Under the pieces are notes generated by a model. The model was given only the letters and a program-made list of their open reading frames with translations, did not search any database and was not told the origin of the DNA. The position numbers were made by a program, and so were the translations under genes. Source: Desulfomonilaceae bacterium (lineage in GTDB: Bacteria > Desulfobacterota > Desulfomonilia > Desulfomonilales > Desulfomonilaceae). Taken from it: DNA of 32,000 bases. The DNA lies in contig JBKQMK010000202.1 of the NCBI GenBank assembly GCA_052146735.1, positions 4,633-36,632 on the forward strand. Direction: 5' to 3'. Of the stretch, positions 20,530 through 28,510 are shown piece after piece (positions within the stretch are counted from its first letter, which is position 1; each line of letters begins with the position of its first letter).

Positions 20530-20802
20530 AATTCGCCAAATATAATGTCCGAGACTGAAGGTAACTCGGCGGGGGGAGCATCTTACAGACCCTGAACGGC
20601 TGTATGGACATCTCGCCTTTCCGCGGCGGACCTGAAGATGCCTGCCCATCTGCTGCTGATCGGATCAAGGGCGGGTATGGAATCCGCCCTCACCACGTAT
20701 TGTGCTACTGTCCTGATACGTCTGCGAATTTTGAGACAGTTTCAGATGCCGGTACCACCGGGAACAAAGCGTCATTTACTTGGAAGCGAAGTGGCATCAA
20801 CC

Positions 20803-21123
20803 TCATTGTTGCTGCCTCCACCAGATTCTGACCCTCGTAGCTACCAGCCAGACGATCCCGAAAACGAACAGCAGAGCGCCCAGACCTGACGACAGCATTA
20901 TGAGAAAACCCATCGCCGCCAGTATAGATGCGAGAATGACGTGGATTCTCAGATCGGTCCTAATCCGTTGTCTCCCCAGTAGTCCATTATCTGAAGCGGT
21001 CACCGCCTGGCTTTGCACCAGGGGGCCGAAACCGTGCTCGTCGCGCCCACAATGAAGACATACTTTTGCTTCCGCTGGTTTATCACCAAAACAGTGCGGA
21101 CACTTAACCATGTCTGCAGACAT
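20803..21123 (-). CDS. Zinc-ribbon membrane protein, small
   Basis: MSADMVKCPHCFGDKPAEAKVCLHCGRDEHG (two CxxC) followed by two hydrophobic segments; GGGAG SD. Confidence 0.75.
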   Translation of the reverse strand: MSADMVKCPHCFGDKPAEAKVCLHCGRDEHGFGPLVQSQAVTASDNGLLGRQRIRTDLRIHVILASILAAMGFLIMLSSGLGALLFVFGIVWLVATRVRIWWRQQQ

Positions 21124-21204
21124 AAAATCACTCCCTTCACCAAGCTGGCAGTAAACCTGGGAGAACAGGGCAGGGCGCTAACTCACGCCTCACCATATTA
21201 CCGC

Positions 21205-21624
21205 TTATAATAGGTCCGAGGTGGTTTTGTGCGGTTTCACCGGCTTCTCTTCTTCGACTCTTTTCCGCTGTTTCTGCGCGCGTGGTGGAGGCTTCGCGCG
21301 GCCACCTCTGGCGCGCTCCTCCACAGCTCTGACTCTTGCGGTAGCTACTTCTTCAGTCGGCTCGTCCTTTTTCGTCCTCCGGGCCGACGCCGGCCGGGTT
21401 GCTTCTATCCCCTTTGCCTTTTCTCTCCCCGGCCCCTCGGTAGCATCGCCGAGAATCTGCCGACCAGTTTCATAAAGCATGAATCCGCCCTTTAGAACAG
21501 CCTTCAACACGGGCCTGGTAGCAGACCATGCCAATGGTATAACTAGAGGCGCCGCAAGCAGGCCAGCTCCCACCGCGACGCCAGTCCATAAATCACCTTT
21601 TGGTCTGAAATCCCAAATTGCCAT
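21205..21624 (-). CDS. Small membrane-associated protein, paralog 1 of the 'MAIWD(F/Y)RPK' family, with a long basic C-terminal tail
   Basis: MAIWDFRPKGDLWTGVAVGAGLLAAPLVIPLAWSATRPVLKAVLKGGFMLYETGRQ..; paralogous to 27544-27810; SD AAGGAGG. Confidence 0.82.
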   Translation of the reverse strand: MAIWDFRPKGDLWTGVAVGAGLLAAPLVIPLAWSATRPVLKAVLKGGFMLYETGRQILGDATEGPGREKAKGIEATRPASARRTKKDEPTEEVATARVRAVEERARGGRAKPPPRAQKQRKRVEEEKPVKPHKTTSDLL

Positions 21625-21769
21625 TTTCAGCGCCCCTCCTTCTATGCTGTTTTTGACACCGTGGCGCCATCTTCTTGTCTCCCCCTATCCTGAGCCTGTG
21701 GTCTTATCCTCCCGATGTCAAGTTAGAGTTTCATCAACGAGTGATAATTGTGACGCCGAATCAAACCGC

Positions 21770-21952
21770 TCAATCATCGACTGACTCCGTTTCAGCGATC
21801 GAACTTATTTCGCTCGCCGCCTCCTCTATCGTCTTTATCTCCTTCAGAGTAGCCTCATCCAAGAGGCCGTAGGCATCGATGAACTTTTCCAAGTAGTCAA
21901 CGATCACTTTGCCGAGATGCATCCCAACGGAGAGTCCGACCCAAAACTCCAT
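21770..21952 (-). CDS. Small protein with glycine-spaced amphipathic/hydrophobic N-terminus
   Basis: MEFWVGLSVGMHLGKVIVDYLEKFIDAYGLLDEATLKEIKTIEEAASEISSIAETESVDD; ATG 21952 preceded by GGAGGAG. Confidence 0.65.
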   Translation of the reverse strand: MEFWVGLSVGMHLGKVIVDYLEKFIDAYGLLDEATLKEIKTIEEAASEISSIAETESVDD

Positions 21953-22234
21953 GACGTTTCTCCTCCGGGCCAAACATTCAAGACCGGCCCCATCCTATCT
22001 GTTATTCCCAAGCCCATCAAGCCTCATGAGAATGCCCTTCGGACCGCGACAACCGCCTGCAAGCAAAAACTCCAGAACTGACTGTAATCCCCAAAAATGC
22101 CTCCACATTAACATTTAATTTGTTGCTAATACTCTCCTAACATGTGGTAGGCAATTCTTATAACAGATGCGTGCAACAAGAGCCTCCGTGGAAAGGTTGC
22201 CGCCCTGCTCGTCAAAATCGAAAAGGAGAAACGC

Positions 22235-22606
22235 ATGGGCTACTATCTCCACGAGGTGCCGGGTCGTCTGAGAATACAGATTTCATCTCTGAAGAGAAAT
22301 TCCCAGCGCGCACAGGAGGTTCAGGATCTCCTGGAGGATCTCTCCGGCATCAAATCAACCTCTGTGAACACCGTTACAGGCAGCGTAATAGTTCATTATG
22401 ATCCGGACATCGTGCATTCCAGGACCATTCTGACTCTTCTTTCCCGGGAAGAGTATATTGACGTCGCAAGAGCGGTCTCAAGCCATCAATATGTGGAAAC
22501 AACTCTTTCCAAAGCAGGTCACCTCGCGTCCAAGGCCCTTCTCGGATTTGCGTTGGACCGAGCTTTGCAGGGCTCCCCGCTATCTATTCTCGCCGCTTTC
22601 ATCTAG
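22235..22606 (+). CDS. HMA-like (ferredoxin-fold) domain protein lacking CxxC
   Basis: MGYYLHEVPGRLRIQISSLKRNSQRAQEVQDLLEDLSGIKSTSVNTVTGSVIVHYDPD.. plus hydrophobic C-terminus; SD AAAAGGAG. Confidence 0.75.
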   Translation: MGYYLHEVPGRLRIQISSLKRNSQRAQEVQDLLEDLSGIKSTSVNTVTGSVIVHYDPDIVHSRTILTLLSREEYIDVARAVSSHQYVETTLSKAGHLASKALLGFALDRALQGSPLSILAAFI

Positions 22607-22641
22607 AGTTCGCCAGAAAATATCTGAAACCTACCCCACTA

Positions 22642-23832
22642 CTAGGTTTTGAGAATATCCGCTTTGTCAGTCGCCTCCCACGGCAAGTCCATATCTGTCC
22701 GACCGAAATGACCGTAGGCGGCAAGTCTGCGATAAAATCCTCCCTTAGACTTGGAAGGCAGCCTAATCAAGTCGAACTGTTTGATGATCCCGCCCAGCCT
22801 AAAATCAAAATTCTTTTCCACCAGAGCACTGATTTCATCATCGGAGATCTTGCCCGTTCCCATGGTCTCCACCTGGATGCTCACCGGGCCCGCGAGGCCG
22901 ATTGAATAGCTGAGTTGAACCTCGCACTGGTCAGCCAACCCTGCGGCAACAATGTTCTTGGCTGCGTAGCGGGCTGCATAGGCCCCGACCCTGTCAATTC
23001 TCAACGGATCTTTTCCGCTCAGAGCGGACCCGCCGTTTCTCGAATACCCACCGTATGTGTCAATTGCGTTCTTTCTGCCCGTAAGACCCGAGTGCACGGA
23101 CGGCCCGCCCAATTTCAGAGGACCCCCCGGGTTTATTAATATTCTGGTTTTTTTGTCCGGGCCTATGGGCTCACCCTCAAATACCGCCTGTACAACCGCC
23201 TCCATCACGTCCTCTCGGAGACGCTCCGGTTTGGGGTAGGTCCGATCGTTCTGGCTTGAATTGATCGTGATGCTGTGGATTCTGCGAGGCACTCGATTAC
23301 GGTATTCCACACCGACCTGTGTGGTGCCGTCAGGCGCCAGATACGGCAACACGCCCTGCAGGCGCACTTCGGAAAGTCTTCGCGAAATCTTGTGCGCAAG
23401 CCATATCGGGAGTGGCAAGAGTGTAGGTGATTGATTGCACGCAAAACCGAAAAGAGTGACTTGATCGTATGCCACGATTCCGTCAATGTCTTTCTCGGAA
23501 GCTTCTTTTTCGTCAACCAGACAAGGATGCTCCGGCGTCATTTCTTTTAGGCTGGTTAGTATACTGCACGTTTTAAAGTTGAATTCATGGTCAATGTAGC
23601 CGATTTTTCGGATGACCTTTCTGGCTACGTTCGGAAAGTCCACCTTGACCTCCGATGCAAACCTGGCAGCGATGAAAACCAGGGAGAGCGACACCGCACA
23701 TTCGGCGATAATCCTGGCACAGACGTCACGTTCGAGAAAGCGGTCTACAATAGCATCGCTTATTTGATCGCACAGTTTATCGGGATGTCCTTCGGTAACC
23801 GATTCTGACGTGTGTATGAAGTCTTTTTTCAT
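22642..23832 (-). CDS. MetK-like (S-adenosylmethionine synthetase homolog), divergent active site
   Basis: TSESVTEGHPDKLCDQISDAIVDRFLE..GPSVHSGLTGRKNAIDTYGG..GGSALSGKDPLRIDRVGAYAARYAAKNIVAAGLADQCEVQLSYSIGLAGPVSIQVET..AAYGHFGR..PWE.TDKA: clearly the MetK family. Start ATG overlaps the upstream ATPase stop (ATGA). Confidence 0.93.
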   Translation of the reverse strand: MKKDFIHTSESVTEGHPDKLCDQISDAIVDRFLERDVCARIIAECAVSLSLVFIAARFASEVKVDFPNVARKVIRKIGYIDHEFNFKTCSILTSLKEMTPEHPCLVDEKEASEKDIDGIVAYDQVTLFGFACNQSPTLLPLPIWLAHKISRRLSEVRLQGVLPYLAPDGTTQVGVEYRNRVPRRIHSITINSSQNDRTYPKPERLREDVMEAVVQAVFEGEPIGPDKKTRILINPGGPLKLGGPSVHSGLTGRKNAIDTYGGYSRNGGSALSGKDPLRIDRVGAYAARYAAKNIVAAGLADQCEVQLSYSIGLAGPVSIQVETMGTGKISDDEISALVEKNFDFRLGGIIKQFDLIRLPSKSKGGFYRRLAAYGHFGRTDMDLPWEATDKADILKT

Positions 23833-26800
23833 TTGCTTTGCACCGCTCCGCCTTTCGTGGCTTCAGTAATGAGTAGAGGAGCCAAGGAGGCAACCCCGAT
23901 CACGAGTGCGTCAAAGGCGCCCACCGGGGTTGTACCGAGCAAACTTCTCAGTCCGGGAACAAGGAAAGTGCCCAATTGTAACCCGAGCGAACCGATGACC
24001 GCTATGTTCAGGTACTTGTTGGGAGCCGCTTTCTCCGCATCGAATATGCTGCGGTGTTCCGAACGACAACTTATCGCGTGCAGGATCTGTGATGTCGTAA
24101 GGCTTTGAAACGCTAATGTTCCCGCTGCGGGACCCATGCCGTATCTCATGACCCCGTAGCCGTACGCTGCCAGTGAAGCCGTTGTCATTGTTGCCGCTTC
24201 GAAGGTTATTCTTTTAAAATCCTCCGTTTTGACAATGGGCTCCATAGGGTCCCGGGGGGGCTGGTTCATCACGTCCGGTTCGGCCGGTTCCAGAGCCAAA
24301 GCAAGGCCGGGAAATATATCGGAAACAAGGTTGATCCAGAGTAGTTGCATAGCATTAATGGGGTATCCCAATCCCAGGGCGCCTGCTATGAACATCACCT
24401 GGATTTCGCTGAAATTGGTGGCGAGAAGATAGTGGAGCGTTTTCCTGATATTGTTATAAATGGTTCGGCCATCGCTTATGGCAATAATCAGGGTTTCAAG
24501 GTCATCTTCCTCCAGTACCACGTCAGCCACATCACGAGCCACATCAGTGCCGGCCCGCCCCATGGCTATGCCGACGTCGGCTGCCTTGAGAGCAGGTCCG
24601 TCATTGATACCGTCGCCGGTCATGGCTACAACTTTGCCGGTGCTCTGAAGAGCTTGGACGATCTGGAGCTTGTTCGATGGGCTGACCCTTGAAAAGACGT
24701 GGACCTCGCTGCTCAGGGCTTTCAAGACGGCAGGATCGGTGCTTGTGAGATGTGTCGAATCGAGAATCTCTAATGACCCTCCATTATTAAGCCCCAACTC
24801 TTTGCCTACTGCATAAGCCGTGGGGCTCTGGTCCCCCGTGATCATTACCGTTTCGAGACCGGCCTTATGAAACATTGCGATGGATTCTTTTACCCGTTCC
24901 CTTATAGGGTCGGCCATGCCAACGAGCCCCAGCCAGGTAAAACCATTTTCGTTCTCCAACTGCTCTTCGCCATTCCGGATCGCGTACGCGACGCCAAGGA
25001 CCCGCAAAGCCTTGCCCGCCATCGCGTCATTTTCAGCATCAATGAGGTCTCTGTCTTCGTCACTAAGAGGGACTGTTGTCCCGTCCTTAATTTGATGGCC
25101 GCATTTAGCCAGAACTTCCGCAGGGCTTCCTTTCATAGCAACCAATCTGGTGTTATCCACAGACCCGTGTACAGTGCTCATGAATTGGCGATTATCGGAC
25201 CGGTAGTTAGTATCCATCAACGGGTGCTGCTCTCTCAAAGCGCGAACATCCACACCTGCGCTTATGGCCATGTGAATCAGAGCGTTCTCGGTCGCAGAGC
25301 CGTTCAACACATGTTGGCGCTTCCTCGTCTCTATTTGGGTCTCGTTGCACAGCACGCAGACATGAATAAGTTTCAAGACCTCGTCAGAGTTGCAGGGATC
25401 TAAAGTCCCTGCCGTGCCATAGAAGAGACCCTCCTTTATTTCTATGCGCTCCATCCCGGAATAGATTCTTAGGACCGACATCTTGTTATGCGTTATGGTG
25501 CCAGTCTTGTCGAAACATATCGTCTGGACCGAGCCGAGCGTGCATATTGCATCGAGATTCCGGATCAGGACTTTGTGCCGTCTCATGTTCTTGATCCCGA
25601 GCGCAAGCGTGGTCGTTGCAACAGCCGGCAGACCTTCCGGAACAGCCGCAACCGCAAGAGAAATTGCCGTCTTCAACATCTGGAGAAACCCGTTCCCGCG
25701 GACGAGGCCGATGAAGAAAACTAACCCGCAAACAGCGCCGGAGATTAAAACCAGTTGATCGCCTATTGTGCTTAACTGTCTCTCAATGGGCGTCTCAGGG
25801 GCTTCGGCCTCGCCAACAAGGCACTGGATTTTCCCCATTTCTGACAATCGACCGATGGCTACCACAACTCCCAGGCCCTGGCCTCCTGTAATCAAGGTGC
25901 CCGAGTAGATCATGTTGGTGCGATCTGCAAGAGGAATCCTTGAGCCTTTGAGCGGCAATGCAATCTTGCTAACAGGCATGCTTTCGCCTGTGAGCACCGA
26001 TTCGTCGGCAGTCAAATGACCGGCCTCCACCAGCCTCGCGTCGGCAGTGACGTAGGTCCCGGGCTTGAGCACAAGAATGTCTCCCACCAGAACCTGCTCC
26101 GCGGGTATTTCCAGCGAGCTTCCATCTCGCATTACCTGGGCGTAAGGGCGGATCAGCTTCTTCAGTGAATTAATGGTCTTTTCTGCCTCACTTTCTGTAA
26201 CATAGCCAATTACCGCGTTGATGCCAACCACGGCCATAATTACAACGGCGTCAGCCAGGCCCCCGGTAACCACGGAGAGGCCGGCAGCGGCAGCCAGCAA
26301 CCCAACGGGGAGAGACATGAACTGGTCGATAAAGATCGCCCACTTGGAGCGAGAAAGCGCCTCAGGGACAACATTGAGGCCGTATTTGCTAAGGCTGGTC
26401 TTGGCTGCTTCGGCTGACAGTCCTTTTTTCTTTGAGGAATTCAGCGACGCAAGCACGAATTTGGCGTCCATTAAGTGCCAGGGCTTGGTCTCCTGCTCTC
26501 TCGTAGCAAGAAAATACGGCTCATCTTTCTTGCCGCGGGTGACCCTGAGCTCGGTTACACGGGCGGGGACGCTCTGTGGAAAAAGGCCCGAACCATTCTC
26601 TCCCTGAGACGCTTCTAGCTCTTGCTGGTAAGTTACAGCGATCTGCTCCACGTGCGAAGCGATCTTGCGGGGGTTGCAGTCGGGATCAAAGGTAATAAGG
26701 ACGTTTCCGGTCAGAATGTTGGCAGAAACTTCACCCACCTCCGGGACTTCCAAAAGCAACATTTCCAGTCGGTATTTGAGTGACACTGAACGGTAGAGGC

Positions 26801-26855
26801 CCCTGACCCTGTACCTCCCTCTACCTCTGACGGAGCTATGGATTTGTTTCACCAA
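23829..26855 (-). CDS. Cation-translocating P-type ATPase (P2-like, VPEGLPA in TM4) with N-terminal CxxC-less HMA-like domain
   Basis: 1008 aa; LTGESMPV, CFDKTGTITHNKM, MKGSPAEVL, MTGDGINDGPALKAADVGIAMG, AVAAVPEGLPAV, NLVSDIFPGLALALEP. N-terminal VRGRGRYRVRGLYRS..VPEVGEVSANILTGNVLITFD. Start TTG/GTG at 26855/26852. Confidence 0.94.
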   Translation of the reverse strand: MVKQIHSSVRGRGRYRVRGLYRSVSLKYRLEMLLLEVPEVGEVSANILTGNVLITFDPDCNPRKIASHVEQIAVTYQQELEASQGENGSGLFPQSVPARVTELRVTRGKKDEPYFLATREQETKPWHLMDAKFVLASLNSSKKKGLSAEAAKTSLSKYGLNVVPEALSRSKWAIFIDQFMSLPVGLLAAAAGLSVVTGGLADAVVIMAVVGINAVIGYVTESEAEKTINSLKKLIRPYAQVMRDGSSLEIPAEQVLVGDILVLKPGTYVTADARLVEAGHLTADESVLTGESMPVSKIALPLKGSRIPLADRTNMIYSGTLITGGQGLGVVVAIGRLSEMGKIQCLVGEAEAPETPIERQLSTIGDQLVLISGAVCGLVFFIGLVRGNGFLQMLKTAISLAVAAVPEGLPAVATTTLALGIKNMRRHKVLIRNLDAICTLGSVQTICFDKTGTITHNKMSVLRIYSGMERIEIKEGLFYGTAGTLDPCNSDEVLKLIHVCVLCNETQIETRKRQHVLNGSATENALIHMAISAGVDVRALREQHPLMDTNYRSDNRQFMSTVHGSVDNTRLVAMKGSPAEVLAKCGHQIKDGTTVPLSDEDRDLIDAENDAMAGKALRVLGVAYAIRNGEEQLENENGFTWLGLVGMADPIRERVKESIAMFHKAGLETVMITGDQSPTAYAVGKELGLNNGGSLEILDSTHLTSTDPAVLKALSSEVHVFSRVSPSNKLQIVQALQSTGKVVAMTGDGINDGPALKAADVGIAMGRAGTDVARDVADVVLEEDDLETLIIAISDGRTIYNNIRKTLHYLLATNFSEIQVMFIAGALGLGYPINAMQLLWINLVSDIFPGLALALEPAEPDVMNQPPRDPMEPIVKTEDFKRITFEAATMTTASLAAYGYGVMRYGMGPAAGTLAFQSLTTSQILHAISCRSEHRSIFDAEKAAPNKYLNIAVIGSLGLQLGTFLVPGLRSLLGTTPVGAFDALVIGVASLAPLLITEATKGGAVQSK

Positions 26856-26993
26856 CTCGGTTAGCCTCTAAGGCGCAACAGTACACTTCCGCGCCGGAAC
26901 GCAGTACGTCACGCCGAAATTTGCCCTCTGCTTCATCAAAAAGGGGTTTAAGTTAATCTATTTATCGCAACACCGAGGGTTGGGACGTGGATA

Positions 26994-27515
26994 TCAATCT
27001 CCGTCCGCATCATCAAGTTCTGCCCCCAGATCTTCCCCCTCGTCCCATTCATCGATCTGCGCTCGAGTAAATACGCCAAGCGCGTAGTAGAAAGCTGTGT
27101 ACCATGCGGGCATGGCCAAATTTCCTCGCGCAATCTGCCAGATCCCGGAAGTTACCAAACTCACAAAAATCAGGCTGGGGATATCTACTTCGCCGCCGGT
27201 CAAATGCTTGAGGCTTTGGTTATACCCCTGAAAAGTATCAGCCACGTTGCCAAACAGACTCTTCCGGCGCGGGGCGGATCGCTTCAAGAGAAACAAGTTA
27301 TGTTCCCTGGCAAACTCGACTATGGTCTTCCTTTGACATTCGTAGGAAATCAGGGCGCTCCCCGTCTGCGGATTCACCCTGATTTCGCCCACGCCGGGAC
27401 AGCCTGAAAGTCGCTCCCGCAGAGTGGAAAAATAGGAAACCTCTCCCCTCTTGGAAGGAATTTTGATCCTGAGCCTACGGGCCATCCCATGGGACACATG
27501 AGCATCGGGAATCAT
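26994..27515 (-). CDS. HMA-like domain protein lacking CxxC, with C-terminal hydrophobic region
   Basis: MIPDAHVSHGMARRLRIKIPSKRGEVSYFSTLRERLSGCPGVGEIRVNPQTGSALISYECQ..; SD GGGAGGG. Confidence 0.75.
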   Translation of the reverse strand: MIPDAHVSHGMARRLRIKIPSKRGEVSYFSTLRERLSGCPGVGEIRVNPQTGSALISYECQRKTIVEFAREHNLFLLKRSAPRRKSLFGNVADTFQGYNQSLKHLTGGEVDIPSLIFVSLVTSGIWQIARGNLAMPAWYTAFYYALGVFTRAQIDEWDEGEDLGAELDDADGD

Positions 27516-27543
27516 TCGCCCTCCCTTTGCGATGTCTGATCCT

Positions 27544-27810
27544 CTACGCTCCCTTTCCCTTCACCGGTGCCAGCTCGGCCTGCACTTCAGATCTTGCCTC
27601 GGCTGCTAGATCCTCCACCACTTCAGCGACCTCGGCGATCATCTCTCGACTTTTTTCGTAAAGCATAATGCCGCCCTTCATGGCTGCCTTTGCCACCGGC
27701 TTCGCGGCGGCCGCTATCATGGGAATTACCACGGGGGCTACTAGTAATCCTACGCCGATCGCGAGACCGGTCCACAAATCCGCTTTAGGTCTATAATCCC
27801 AAATTGCCAT
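27544..27810 (-). CDS. Small membrane-associated protein, paralog 2 of the 'MAIWD(F/Y)RPK' family
   Basis: MAIWDYRPKADLWTGLAIGVGLLVAPVVIPMIAAAAKPVAKAAMKGGIMLYEKSREMIAEVAEVVEDLAAEARSEVQAEL; GGGGAGG SD favours the second ATG (27810) over 27819. Confidence 0.85.
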   Translation of the reverse strand: MAIWDYRPKADLWTGLAIGVGLLVAPVVIPMIAAAAKPVAKAAMKGGIMLYEKSREMIAEVAEVVEDLAAEARSEVQAELAPVKGKGA

Positions 27811-28129
27811 TTGACGCATCCTCCCCTTCAGTTATTCTTAGCACTACTCCCACCGTAATAGGTTAGCGCATTGTTCAGAATATGTCTACTTTGTTAGTGC
27901 TGTATTAGAGTTGTGTTAAAAATCGCAGTTCGGCAAACTTTTTCGGTAATCGTTCACCAGGAAATCAGTTTACCCGGTTTTGCAACGCGACCAATCTCCG
28001 CGCCGATCACCCAATGCGCTATGGACGGCTAATTTTCTTGAAAGGTCGCGATGTCTCCTCCGGGACCATGCCAAGAGCGGCCGAGGCAGGCTATCCAAGG
28101 TCGGGATCAATCAGGCTATCCGGCTGCCT

Positions 28130-28249
28130 TTATGAACATAGCCTCCACATGCCGGAGAATGAGACTGCGGTGAGGAGAATGAAAACCACGAGGGACGTGA
28201 TAACCACAACGGCAAAGCCCGCAAGCGCAATCACTCCAAGCCGTTTCAT
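28130..28249 (-). CDS. 39-aa single-pass membrane microprotein
   Basis: Manual translation: MKRLGVIALAGFAVVVITSLVVFILLTAVSFSGMWRLCS*, preceded by AAGGAGGaaac. Too short to appear in the ORF track. Confidence 0.6.
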   Translation of the reverse strand: MKRLGVIALAGFAVVVITSLVVFILLTAVSFSGMWRLCS

Positions 28250-28510
28250 GTTTCCTCCTTATGCGTGCTGAAAATCGAGCTAATAAGTCGCACGCATGCA
28301 GATTCCACATCCTGACTGGATTAGAGGCGGCGCGATGTGAGCCCAATAAACTGAGCTGCCCTGTTTCCGTCTCTGGCCAGAGATGCGAATTGGCTACACC
28401 ATTCTCGATCAGGAGTATTGGGCGAAGATTATGGAGAGATTAAAAGATCGTTAGGACAGAGAGACTTCGCGTACAACCAATGCGTTGTCGAACAAGAGAG
28501 TTCTCAAGGG

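Noticed and set aside
20058-20668. Reverse ORFs within and just after ptxD
   Set aside because: Antisense to a gene whose catalytic residues align perfectly; the remainder is short intergenic sequence.
22144-22401. 85-aa forward ORF overlapping the HMA-like gene
   Set aside because: The alternative frame starting at 22235 has a good SD and HMA-like fold; this one does not.
22627-22649. Possible bidirectional terminator AAACCTA-N9-TAGGTTT between convergent genes
   Set aside because: Weak A/T-rich 7-bp stem overlapping the metK-like stop codon; not enough to call.
24867-25403. 178-aa forward ORF antisense to the P-type ATPase
   Set aside because: Overlaps the conserved nucleotide-binding domain region on the opposite strand; no independent evidence.
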